NCBI RefSeq assembly: GCF_009914755.1 | Contig: NC_060933.1 | Origin: the human T2T-CHM13v2.0 reference genome, Homo sapiens | Reading direction: 5' to 3' (one strand) | DNA: 64,000 nt | Shown: positions 28,550 to 42,300 of the stretch, piece after piece | Numbering within the stretch: position 1 is the first letter of the stretch | Layout: the number at the start of each line of letters is the position of its first letter | Position numbers and translations under genes: made by a program | Notes under the pieces: generated by a model | The model's database searches: none | What the model saw: the letters and a program-made list of their open reading frames with translations, nothing else | Told to the model about the DNA's origin: nothing

Positions 28550-31500
28550 TCCACTCGTGTTGATTCCATTGCTTTCCATTCCATTCGGTTTGAAGGCATT
28601 CCATTCGATTCCATTCCATTCCATTTCATTCCATTCCATTCCATTCCATTCCATTCCATTCCATTCCATTCCATTCCATTCCGTTGCATTCCATTCCATT
28701 ACATTCGGATTGATTCTATTCAACTCAATTACATTCCATTACATTCCATTCCATTCGGGTTGTTCCATTCCATTCCATTCCATTCCACTCCATTCCATTG
28801 CACTCGGGTTGATTCCATTCCATTCTATTCCATTCCATTCCATTCCATTCCGGATGATTCCATTCCATTGCATTCCTTTCCATTACATTCCCCTGCACTC
28901 GCGTTGATTCCATTCCATTCCATTCAATTCCATTAAATTACAATTCGTTACATTCCATTCTATTCCGTACCATTCCATTCCATTCCATACCATTCCATTC
29001 CATTCCATTCCATTCCATTCCATTCCGTTCCATTCCGTTCCATTGCATTCCATTCCATTCTATTCGGGTTCATTCTATTCCATTCCATTCCATTCCATTC
29101 TATTCCATTCCATTGCAATCGAGTTGAATCCATTGCATTTCATTCCATTCCATTCCATTCCATTCCATTCCGGAAGATTCCATTCCATTGCATTCCATTC
29201 CATTCCATTCCCCTGCACTCGCGTTGATCCCATTCCATTCCATTCCATTCCATTCCGTTCCGTTCCGTTCCATTCCATTCCATTCCTTTCCATTCCATTC
29301 CATTCCATTCCGTTCCTTTCCATTCCATTCCATTCCATTCTATTCGGGTTAATTCCATTCCATTCCATTCGAATGCAATCGAGTTGATTCCATTCCATTG
29401 CATTCCATTCCATTCGATTCCATTCGATTGCACTCGGGTTGATTCCATTCCATTGCATTCCATTCCATTCCATTCCATTCCATTCCATTCCATTCCATTC
29501 CGTTCAATTCCTTTCCATTACATTCGGATTGATTCTATTCAATTCCCTTACACTCCATTACATTACATTCCATTCGGGTAGTTTCCACTCCATTCCATTC
29601 CATTTCTCTCCATTCCATTGCACTCGGGTTGATTCCATTCCATTGCATTCCACTCCATTCGGGTAGTTTCCACTCCATTCCATTCCATTCCTCTCCATTC
29701 CATTTCACTCGGGTTGATTCCACTCCATTGCATTCCATTCCATTCCATTCAATTCCATTCCGTTCCATTCCATTCCATTACATTCGGATTGATTCTATTC
29801 AACTCCCTTACTCTCCATTACATTCCATTCCATTCGGGCTGTTCCATTCCATTCCATTCCATTCCACTCCATTCCATTGCACTCGGGTTTATTCCATTCC
29901 ATTCCATTCCATTCCATTCCACTCCATTCCATTCCATTCCGGAAGATTCCATTCCATTGCATTCCATTCCATTCCATTCCCCTGCACTCGCGTTGATTCC
30001 ATTCCATTCCATTACATTCCATTCCATTCCAATCCATTCCTTTCCGTTCCATTCCATTCCATTCCATTCCATTCCATTCCATTCCGTTCCGTTCCGTTCC
30101 TTTCCATTCCATTCTATTCGGGTTAATTCCATTCCATTCCTTTCGATTGCAATCGAGTTGATTCCATTCCATTCCATTCCATTCCATTCCATTCCATTAC
30201 GGATGATTCCATTCCATTGCATTCCATTCCATTCCATTCCCCTGTACTCGGGTTCATTCCATTCCATTCCATTCCAATCCATGCCATTCCACTCGTGTTG
30301 ATTCCATTCTTTCCATTCCATTCAAGTTGAATCCATTCCATTGCATTCCATTCCATTCCATTCCCCTGCAGTCGGGTTGATTCCATTCCATTCCATTCCA
30401 TTCCATTCCATTCCATTCCATTCCGTTCCGTTCCGTTCCATTCCATTCCATTCCATTCTATTCGGGTTAATTCCATTCCATTCCATTCCATTCCATTCCA
30501 TTCCAATCGAGTTGATTCCATTCCATTCCATTCCATTCCATTCCACTCCATTCCAGTCCTTTCCATTCCATTCCACTCGCGTTGATTCCAATGTATTCCT
30601 TTCCATTCCATTCCATTCCATTGCAATCGAGTTGATTCCATTGCTTTGCATTCCATTCCATTCCATTCCATTCCGGATGATTCCATTCCATTGCATTCCA
30701 TTCCATTCCATTCCCCTGCACTCGGGTTGATTCCATTCCATTCCACTCCATTCCGTTCCATTCCATTCCATTCCATTGTATTCGGGTTAATTCCATTCCA
30801 TTCCATTCCATTCCATTCCATTCCATTACAATCGAGTTGATTCCATTCCATTCCATTCCATTGCAGTCCTTTCCATTCCATTCCACTCGGGTTGATTCCA
30901 TTCTATTAGTTTCCATTCCATTACATTCCCTTCCATTCCACTCTGGTTGATTCCATTCCTTTCCATTCCACTCGAATACATTCCCTCCTATTCCACTCGG
31001 AATGATTCCATTCCATTCCATTCCATTCCATTCCATTCCATTTCGTTCCATTCCATTCTATTCCGTATCATTCCATTCCATTCCATTCCATTCCATTCCA
31101 TTCCATTCCACTCGTGTTGATTCCATTCCTTTCCATTCCATTCGGTTTGAAGGCATTCCATTCCATTCCATTCCATTCCATTCCATTCCATTCCATTCCA
31201 TTCCATTCCATTATAGTCTGGTTGATTGCATTCCGTTGCATTCCATTCCATTCCATTCCGTTGCATTCCATTCCTTTACATTCGGATTGATTCTATTCAA
31301 CTCAATTACATTCCATTACATTCCATTCCATTCGGGTTCTTCCATTCCATTCCATTCCATTCCACTCCATTCCATTGCACTCGGGTTGATTCCATTCCAT
31401 TCCATTCCATTCCATTCCATTCCATTCCGGATGATTCCATTCCATTGCATTCCGTTCCATTACATTCCCCTGCACTAGGGTTGATTCCATTCCATTCCAT

Positions 31501-33280
31501 TCAATTCCATTAAATTACAATTCGTTACATTCCATTCTATTCCGTACCATTCCATTCCATTCCATACCATTCCATTCCATGCCATTCCATTCCATTCCGT
31601 TCCATTCCGTTCCATTGCATTCCATTCCATTCTATTCGGGTTCATGATATTCCATTCCATTCCATTCCATTCTATTCCATTCCATTGCAATGGAGTTGAA
31701 TCCATTGCATTTCATTCCATTCCATTCCATTCCATTCCATTCCGGAAGATTCCATTCCATTGCATTCCATTCCATTCCATTCCCCTGCACTCGCGTTGAT
31801 TCTATTCCATTCCATTCCATTCCATTCCATTCCGTTCCGTTCCATTCCATTCCATTCCATTCCATTCCATTCCATTCCGTTCCTTTCCATTCCATTCCAT
31901 TCCATTCTATTTGGGTTAATTCCATTCCATTCCATTCGATTGCAATCGAGTTGATTCCATTCCATTGCATTCCATTCCATTCGATACCATTCGATTGCAC
32001 TCGGGTTGATTCCATTCCATTGCATTCCATTCCATTCCATTCCATTCCATTCCATTCCATTCCATTCCATTCCGTTGCATTCCTTTCCGTTACATTCGGA
32101 TTGATTCTATTCAATTCGCTTACACTCCATTACATTCCATTCCATTCGGGTAGTTTCCACTCCATTCCATTCCATTTCTCTCCATTCCATTGCACTAGGG
32201 TTGATTCCATTCCATTGCATTCCACTCCATTCGGGTAGTTTCCACTCCATTCCATTCCATTCCTCTCCATTCCATTGCACTCGGGTTGATTCCATTCCAT
32301 TGCATTCCATTCCATTCCATTCAATTCCATTCCGTTCCATTCCATTCCATTACATTCGGATTGATTCTATTCAACTCCCTTACTCTCCATTACATTCGAT
32401 TCCATTCGGGTTGTTCCATTCCATTCCATTCCATTCCACTCCATTCCATTGCACTCGGGTTGATTCCATTCCATTCCATTCCATTCCATTCCAGAAGATT
32501 CCATTCCATTGCATTCCATTACTTTCCATTCCCCTGCACTCGAGTTGATTCCATTCCATTCCATTCCATTCCATTCCATTCCGTTCCGTTCCATTCCTTT
32601 CCATTCCATTCCATTCCATTCCGTTCCGTTCCATTCCATTCCATTCCATTCTATTCGGGTTAATTCCATTCCATTCCATTCTATTGCAATCGTGTTGATT
32701 CCATTCCATTCCATTCCATTCCATTCCTTTCCATTCCATTACGGATGATTCCATTCCATTGCATTCCATTCCATTACATTCCCCTGTACTCGGGTTGATT
32801 CCATTCCATTGCATTCCAATCCATGCCCTTCCACTCGTGTTGATTCCATTCTTTCCATTCCATTCAAGTTGAATCCATTCCATTGCATTCCATTCCATTC
32901 GATTCCATTCGATTGCACTCGGGTTGATTCCATTCCATTGCATTCCATTCCATTCAATTCCATTCCATTCCATTCCATTCCGTTCCATTCCATTCCATTA
33001 CATTCGGATTGATTCTATTCAATTCCCTTACACTCCATTACATTCCATTCCATTCGGGTAGTTTCCATTCCATTCCATTCCATTCCTCTCCATTCCATTG
33101 CACTCGGGTTGATTCCATTCCATTGCATTCCATTCCATTCCATTCCATTCGATTCCGTTCCATTCCATTCCATTACATACGGATTGATTCTATTCAACTC
33201 CCTTACTCTCCATTACATTCCATTCCATTCGTGTTGTTCCATTCCATTCCATTCCATTCCACTCCATTCCATTGCACTCG
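28550..33280 (+). repeat. ~8.2-kb higher-order repeat unit, truncated copy C (~4.7 kb)
   Basis: Matches 18795-23530 at offset ~9750-9770 (ORF pairs 19764/29535, 21536/31302, 22341/32107). Shares ATTATAGTCTGG (31210), CAATTCGCTTAC (~32112) and CATACGGATTG (~33176). Diverges after ~33280. Confidence 0.9.
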
Positions 33281-36200
33281 GGTTGATTCCATTCCATTCC
33301 ATTCCATTCCATTCCATTCCGGATGATTCCATTCCATTGCATTCCGTTCCATTACATTCCCCTGCACTCGCGTTTATTCCATTCCATTCCATTCCTTTCC
33401 ATTCAATTCCATTCCATTACAATTCGTTCCATTCCATTCTATTCCGTACCATTCCATTCCATTCCATACCATTCCATTTCATTCCATTCCATTCCATTCC
33501 ATTCCATTCCGTTCCATTCCGTTCCATTCCATTCCATTCCATTCTATTCGGGTTAATCCCATTCCATTCCATTCCATTCCATTCTATTCCATTCCATTGC
33601 AATCGAGTTGAATCCACTGCATTTCATTCCATTCCATTCCATTCCATTCCGGAAGATTCCATTCCATTGCATTCCATTCCATGCCATTCCCGTGCACTCG
33701 CGTTTATTCCATTCCATTCCATTCCATTCCATTCCATTCCATTCCATTCCGTTCCGTTCCGTTCCGTTCCATTCCATTCCATTCCATTCCATTCCGTTCC
33801 GTTCCGTTCCATTCCATTCCTTTCCATTCTATTCGGGTTAATTCCACTCCATTCCATTCGATTGCAATCGTGTTGATTCCATTCCATTCCATTCCATTCC
33901 ATTCCTTTCCATTCCATTACAGATGATTCCATTCCATTGCATTCCATTCCATTCCATTCCCCTGTACTAGGGTTGATTCCATTCCTTTGCCTTCCAATCC
34001 ATGCCCTTCCACTCGTGCTGATTCCATTCTTTCCATTCCACTCAAGTTGAATCTATTCCATTGCATTCCATTCCATTCGATTCCATTCGATTGCACTCGG
34101 GTTGATTCCATTCCATTGCATTCCATTCCATTCCATTCCATTCCATTCCATTCCATTCCGTTCCATTCCATTCCATTACATTCGGATTGATTCTATTCAA
34201 TTCCCTTACACTCCATTACATTCCATTCCATTCGGGTAGTTTCCATTCCATTCCATTCCATTCCTCTCCATTCCATTGCACTCGGGTTGATTCCATTCCA
34301 TTGCATTCCATTCCGTTCCATTCCATTCCATTCCGTTCCATTCCATTCCATTACATTCTGATTGACTCTATTCAACTCCCTTACTCTCCATTACATTCCA
34401 TTCCATTCGGCTTGTTCCATTCCATTCCATTCCATTCCACTCCATTCCATTGCACTCGGGTTTATTCCATTCCATTCCATTCCATTCCATTCCATTCCAT
34501 TCCGGAAGATTCCATTCCATTGCATTCCATTCCATTCCATTCCCCTGCACTCGCGTTGATGCCATTCCATTCCATTCCATTCCTTTCCATTCCATTCCAT
34601 TCCATTCCATTCCTTTCCGTTCCATTCCAATCCATTCCATTCCATTCCATTCCGTTCTGTTCCATTCCGTTCCGTTCCATTCCATTCCATTCCATTCTAT
34701 TCGGGTTAATTCCATTCCATTGCATTCGATTGCAATCGAGTTGATTCCATTCCATTCCATTCCATTCCATTCCTTTCCATTCCATTACGGATGATTCCAT
34801 TCCATTTCATTCCATTCCATTCCATTCCCCTGTACTCGGGTTGATTCCATTCCATTCCATTCCAATCCATGCCATTCCACTCGTGTTGATTCCATTCTTT
34901 CCATTCCATTCAAGTTGAATCCATTCCATTGCATTCCCTTCCATTCCATTCCCCTGCAGTCGGGTTGATTCCATTCCATTCCATTCCATTCCATTCCATT
35001 CCATTCCATTCCATTCCATTCCGTTCCGTTCCATTCCATTCCATTCCATTCTATTCGGGTTAATTCCATTCCATTCCATTCCATTCCATTCCATTCCAAT
35101 CGAGTTGATTCCATTCCATTCCATTCCATTCTATTCCACTCCATTCCAGTCCTTTCCATTCCATTCCACTCGGGTTGATTCCAATGTATTCCTTTCCATT
35201 CCATTCCATTCCATTGCAATCGAGTTGATTCCATTGCTTTGCATTCCATTCCATTCCATTCCATTCCGGATGATTCCATTCCATTGCAATCTATTCCATG
35301 CCATTCCCCTGCACTCGGGTTGATTCCATTCCATTCCACTCCATTCCGTTCCATTCCATTCCATTGCATTGTATTCGGGTTAATTCCATTCCATTCCATT
35401 CCATTCCATTCCATTCCATTGCATTGTATTCGGGTTAATTCCATTCCATTCCATTCCATTCCATTCCATTCCATTCCATTCCATTACAATCGAGTTGATT
35501 CCATTCCATTCCATTCCATTCCATTCCATTCCAGTCCACTCTGGTTGATTCCATTCTTTTCCATTCCACTCGAATACATTCCCTCCTATTCCACTCGGAA
35601 CGATTCCATTCCATTCCATTCCATTCCATTCCATTCCATTCCATTCCATTCCATTCCATTCCATTTCGTTCCATTCCATTCTATTCCGTATCATTCCATT
35701 CCATTCCGTTCCATTCCATTCCATTCCATTCCACTCGTGTTGATTCCATTCCTTTCCATTCCATTCGGTTTGAAGGCATTCCATTCCATTCCATTCCATT
35801 CCATTCCATTCCATTGTACTCGGGTTGATTCCATTCCATTACATTCCAGTCCATTCCATTCCATTCCATTCCGTTGCATTCCATTCCATTACATTCGGAT
35901 TGATTCTATTCAACTCCCTTACTCTCCATTCCATTCCATTCCATTCGGGTTGTTCCATTCCATTCCATTCCATTCCACTCAATTCCATTGCACTAGGGTT
36001 GATTCCATTCCATTCCATTCCATTCAATTCCGGATGATTCCATTCCATTGCATTCCGTTCCATTACTTTCCCCTGCACTCGCGTTGATTCCATTCCATTC
36101 CATTCAATTCCATTCCATTACAATTCGTTCCATTCCATTCTATTCCGTACCATTCCATTCCATTCCATACCATTCCATTCCATTCCATTCCATTCCATTC

Positions 36201-36829
36201 CGTTCCATTCCGTTCCATTGCATTCCATTCCATTCTATTCGGGTTAATTCCATTCCATTCCATTCCATTCCATTCTATTCCATTCCATTGCAATAGAGTT
36301 GAATCCATTGCATTTCATTCCATTCCATTCCATTCCATTCCATTCCGGAAGTTTCCATTCCATTGCATTCCATTCCATTCCATTCCCCTGCACTCGCATT
36401 GATTCCATTCCATTCCATTACATTCCATTCCATTCCGTTCCGTTCCATTCCATTCCATGCCATTCCATTCCATTCCATTCCGTTCCATTCCATTCCATTC
36501 CATTCTATTCGGGTTAATTCCATTCCATTCCATTCGATTGCAATCGAGTTGATTCCATTCCATTCCATTCCATTCCATTCCATTCCATTCCATTCCATTC
36601 CATTACGGATTCCATTCCATTCCATTCGGGTTGAATCCAATCCACTCCATTCCATTTCATTCGAATCCATTCCATTGCACTCGGGTAGATTCCATTCCAT
36701 TCCATTCCATTCCATTCCATTCCATTCCGTTCAATTCCATTTCATTACATTCAGATTGATTCTATTCAATTCCCTTACACTCCATTATATTCCAATCCAT
36801 TCTGATTGTTTCCATTCCATTCCATTCCA

Positions 36830-39800
36830 TTTCACTCCATTCCATTGCACTCGGTTTGACTCCATTCCATTCCATTCCATTCCATTCCGGATGATTCCAT
36901 TCCATTGCATTCCATTCCATTCCATTCCCCTGCACTCAGGTTGATTCCATTCCATTCCATTCCACTCCATTCTGTTCCGTTCCATTCCATTATATTGCAT
37001 TCCATTCTATTCGGGTTAATTCCATTCCATTCCATTGCATTCCATTGCAATGGAGTTGATTCCATTCCATTCCATTCCATTCCGGATGATTCCATTCCAT
37101 TGCATTCCATTCCATTCCATTCCCCTGCACTCGTGTTGATTCCATTCCCTTCCATTCCATTCCATTCCGTTCCATTCCATTGCATTCCATTCTATTCCGG
37201 TTAATTCCATTCCATTCCATTCCATTCCATTCCATTCCATTCCATTGCAATCGAGTTGATTCCATTCCATTCCATTCCATTCCATTCCATTCCATTCCAT
37301 TCCATTCCTTTCCATTCCATTACGGATGATTCCATTCCATTGCATTCCATTCCATTCCATTCCCCTGTACTCGGGTTCATTCCATTCCATTCCATTACAA
37401 TCCATGCCATTCCACTCGTGTTGATTCCATTCTTTCCATTCCATTCAAGTTGAATCCATTCCATTGCATTCCATTCCATTCCATTCCCCTGCAGTCGGGT
37501 TGTTTCCATTCCATTCCATTTCATTCCATTCCATTCCATTCCATTCCATTCCATTCCGTTCCGTTCCATTCCATTCCATTCTATTCGGGTTAATTCCATT
37601 CCATTCCATTCCATTCCATTCCATTCCATTCCAATCGAGTTGATTCCATTCCATTCCATTCCATTCCATTCCACTCCATTCCAGTCCTTTCCATTCCATT
37701 CCACTCGGGTTGATTCCAATGTATTCCTTTCCATTCCATTCCATTCCATTGCAATCGAGTTGATTCCATTGCTTTGCATTCCATTCCATTCCATTCTATT
37801 CCGGATGATTCTATTCCATTGCATTCCATTCCATTCCATTCCCCTGCACTCGGGTTGATTCAATTCCATTCCACTCCATTCCGTTCCATTCCATTCCATT
37901 GCATTGTATTCGGGTTAATTCCATTCCATTCCATTCCATTCCATTCCATTCCATTACAATCGAGTTGTTTCCATTCCATTCCATTCCATTCCAGTCCTTT
38001 CCATTCCATTCCTCTCGGGTTGATTCCATTCTATTAGTTTCCATTCCATTCCATTCCCTTCCATTCCACTCTGGTTGATTCCACTCCTTTCCATTCCACT
38101 CGAATACATTCCCTCCTATTCCACTCGGAACGATTCCATTCCATTCCATTCCATTCCATTCCATTCCATTCCATTCCATTCCATTCCATTGTACTCGGGT
38201 TGATTCAATTCCATTGCATTCCATTCCATTCCATTCCATTCCATTCCATTCCATTCCATTCCATTCCATTCCGTTGCATTCCATTCCATTACATTCGGAT
38301 TGATTCTATTCAACTCCCTTACTCTCCATTACATTCCATTGCACTCGGGTTGATTCCATTCCATTCCATTCCATTCCATTCCATTCCATTCCATTCCATT
38401 ACATTCCGTTCCATTACATTCCCCTGCACTCGCGTTGATACCATTCCATTCCATTCCATTCCATTCCATTCAATTCCATTCCATTACAATTCGTTCCATT
38501 CCATTCTATTCCGTACCATTCCATTCCATTCCATACCATTCCATTCCATTCCATTCCATTCCATTCCGTTCCATTCCGTTCCATTCCATTCCATTCCATT
38601 CTATTCGGATTAATTCCATTCCATTCCATTCCATTCCATTCTATTCCATTCCATTGCAATCGAGTTGAATCCATTGCATTTCATTCCATTCCATTCCATT
38701 CCGGAAGACTCCATTCCATTGCATTCCATTCCATTCCATTCCCCTGCACTCGCGTTGATTCCATTCCATTCCATTCCATTCCATTCCATTCCATTCCCTT
38801 CCGTTCCGTTCCATTCCATTCCATTCCATTCCATTCTATTCGGGTTAATTCCATTCCATTCCATTCGATTGCAATCGAGTTGATTCCATTCCATTCCATT
38901 CCATTCCAGTCCTTTCCATTCCATTCCTCTCGGGTTGATTCCATTCTATTAGTTTCCATTCCATTCCATTCCCTTCCATTCCACTCTGGTTGATTCCATT
39001 CCTTTCCATTCCACTCGAATACATTCCCTCCTATTCCACTCGGAACGATTCCATTCCATTCCATTCCATTCCATTCCATTTCGTTCCATTCCATTCTATT
39101 CCGTATCATTCCATTCCATTCCATTCCATTCCATTCCATTCCATTCCATTCCATTCCATTCCATTGTAGTCGGGTTGATTCAATTCCATTGCATTCCATT
39201 CCATTCCATTCCATTCCATTCCATTCCGTTGCATTCCATTCCATTACATTCGGATTGATTCTATTCAACTCCCTTACTCTCCATTACATTCCATTCCATT
39301 CGGGTTGTTCCATTCCATTCCATTCCATTCCACTCCATTCCATTGCACTCGGGTTGATTCCATTCCATTCCATTCCATTCCATTCCATTCCATTCCATTC
39401 CGGATGATTCCATTCCATTACATTCCGTTCCATTACATTCCCCTTCACTCGCGTTGATTCCATTCCATTCCATTCAATTCCATTCCATTACAATTCGTTC
39501 CATTCCATTCTATTCCGTACCATTCCATTCCATTCCATACCATTTCATTCCATTCCATTCCATTCCATTCCGTTTCACTCCGTTCCATTCCATTCCATTC
39601 CATTCTATTCGAATTAATTCCATTCGATTCCATTCCATTCCATTCTATTCCATTCCATTGCAATCGAGTTGAATCCATTGCATTTCATTCCATTCCATTC
39701 CATTCCATTCCATTCCGGAAGATTCCATTCCATTGCATTCCATTCCATTCCATTCCCCTGCACTCGCGTTGATTCCATTCGATTCCATTCCATTCCATTC

Positions 39801-42300
39801 CATTCCATTCCATTCTGTTCCGTTCCATTCCATTCCATTCCATTCCGTTCCGTTCCATTCCATTCCATTCCATTCTATTCGGGTTAATTCCATTCCATTC
39901 TATTCGATTGCAATCGAGTTGATTCCATTCCATTCCATTCCATTCCATTCCATTCCATTCCATTCCATTCCTTTCCATTCCATTACGGATGATTCCATTC
40001 CATTGCATTCCATTCCATTCCATTCCCCTGTACTCGGGTTGATTCCATTCCATTCCATGCCATTCCACTCGTGTTGATTCCATTCTTTCCATTCCATTCA
40101 AGTTGAATCCAATCCATTTCATTCCATTCCATTCGATTCCATTCGATTGCACTCGGGTTGATTCCATTCCATTGCATTCCATTCCATTCCATTCCATTCC
40201 GTTCCATTCCATTCCATTACATTCGGATTGATTCTATTCAACTCCCTTACTCTCCATTACTTTCCATTCCATTCGAGTTGTTCCATTCCATTCCATTCCA
40301 TTCCACTCCATTCCATTGCACTCGGGTTGATTCCATTCCATTCCATTCCATTCCATTCCGGAAGATTCCATTCCATTGCATTCCATTCCATTCCATTCCC
40401 CTGCACTCGCGTTGATTCCATTCCATTCCATTCTATTCCATTCCATTCCCTTCTTTTCCGTTCCATTCCATTCCATTCCATTCCATTCCATTCCGTTCCG
40501 TTCCGTTCCATTCCATTCCATTCCATTCCATTCCATTCCGTTCCATTCCATTCCATTCCATTCTATTCGGGTTAATTCCATTCCATTCCATTCGATTGCA
40601 ATCGAGTTGATTCCATTCCATTCCGTTCCATTCCATTCCATTCCATTCCATTCCTTTGCATTCCATTACGGATTATTCCATTCCATTTCATTCCATTCCA
40701 TTCCATTCCCCTATACTCGGGTTGATTCCATTCCATTCCATTCCAATCCATTCCATTCCTTTCCATTCCATTACGGATGATTCCATTCCATTGCATTGCA
40801 TTCCAATCCATTCCCCTATACTCTGGTTGATTCCATTCCATTCCATTCCAATCCATGCCATTCCACTCGTGTTGATTCCATTATTTCCATTCCATTCCAG
40901 TTGAATCCATTCCATTGCATTCCTTTCCATTCGATTCCATTCGATTGCACTCGGGTTGATTCCATTCCATTGCATTCCATTCCATTCCATTCCATTCCAT
41001 TCCGTTCCGTTCCATTCCATTTCATTACACTCAGATTGATTCTATTCAATTCCCTTACACTCCATTATATTCCAATCCATTCTGGTTGTCTCCATTCCAT
41101 TCCATTCCATTTCACTCCATTCCATTGCACTCGGGTTGATTCCATTCCATTCCATTCCATTGCATTCCATTCCAGTCGATTCCGGATGATTCCATTCCAT
41201 TGCATTCCATTCCATTCCATTCCCCTGCACTCGAGTTGATTCCATTCCATTCCATTCCATTACATTCCGTTCCATTCCATTCCATTCCATTCGGATTGAA
41301 TCTATTCAATTCCCTTACACTCCATTACATTACATTCCATTCGGGTAGTTTCCATTCCATTCAATTCCATTCCTCTCCATTCCATTGCACTCGGGTTGAT
41401 TCCATTCCATTCCATTCCATTCCATTCCATTACATTCGGATTGATTCTATTCAACTCCCTTACTCTCCATTACATTCCATTCCATTCGGGTTGTTCCATT
41501 CCATTCCATTCCATTCCACTCCATTCCATTGCGCTCGGGTTGATTCCATTCCATTCCATTCCATTCCATTCCATTCCATTCCATTCCGGATGATTCCATT
41601 GCATTGCATTCCGTTCCATTACATTCCCCTGCACTCGGGTTGATTCCATTCCATTCCATTCAATTCCATTCCATTCCATTCCATTCCAATTCTTTCCATT
41701 CCATTCTATTCCGTACCATTCCATTCCATTCCATACAATTCCATTCCATTCCATTCCACTCCGTTCCGTTCCGTTCCGTTCTGTTCCGTTCCATTCCATT
41801 CCATTCCATTCTATTCGGTTTAATTCCATTCCATTCCATTCCATTCCATTCTATTCCATTCCATTGCAATCGAGTTGAATCCATTGCATTCCATTCCATT
41901 CCATTCCATTCCATTCCATTCAATTCCGGAAGATTCCATTCCATTGCATTCCATTCCATTCCATTCCATTCCATTCCATTCCATTCCATTCCATTGTACT
42001 CGGGTTGATTCCATTCCATTGCATTCCATTCCATTCCATTCCATTCCATTCTATTCCGTTCCATTCCATTCCATTACATTCGGATTGATTCTTTTCAACT
42101 CCCTTACTCTCCATTACATTCCATTCCATTCGGGTTGTTCCATTCCATTCCTTTCCATTCCACTCCATTCCATTGCACTCGGGTTGATTCCATTCCATTC
42201 CATTCCATTCCATTCCGGATGATTCCATTCCATTGCATTCCGTTCCATTACGTTCCCCAGCACTCGGGTTGATTCCATTCCATTCCTTTCCATTCCATTC
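36830..42300 (+). repeat. Older dispersed duplicate of window segments 1-440 and ~4090-9910
   Basis: Rare variants shared in the same order: CTCGGTTTGA (21/36850), CACTCAGGTTG (104/36933), TTCGAATTAATTCC (6443/39608), TTCGAGTTGTTCC (7152/40272), CTGGTTGTCTCC (8565/41082), TTGCGCTCGGG (9127/41529), GATTCTTTTCAAC (9695/42087). ORF pair 5214/38414 has an offset of exactly 33200. Confidence 0.85.

Noticed and set aside
36345-36352. CCGGAAGT, a perfect ETS core
   Set aside because: A single-copy point variant of the HSE word with no supporting context.
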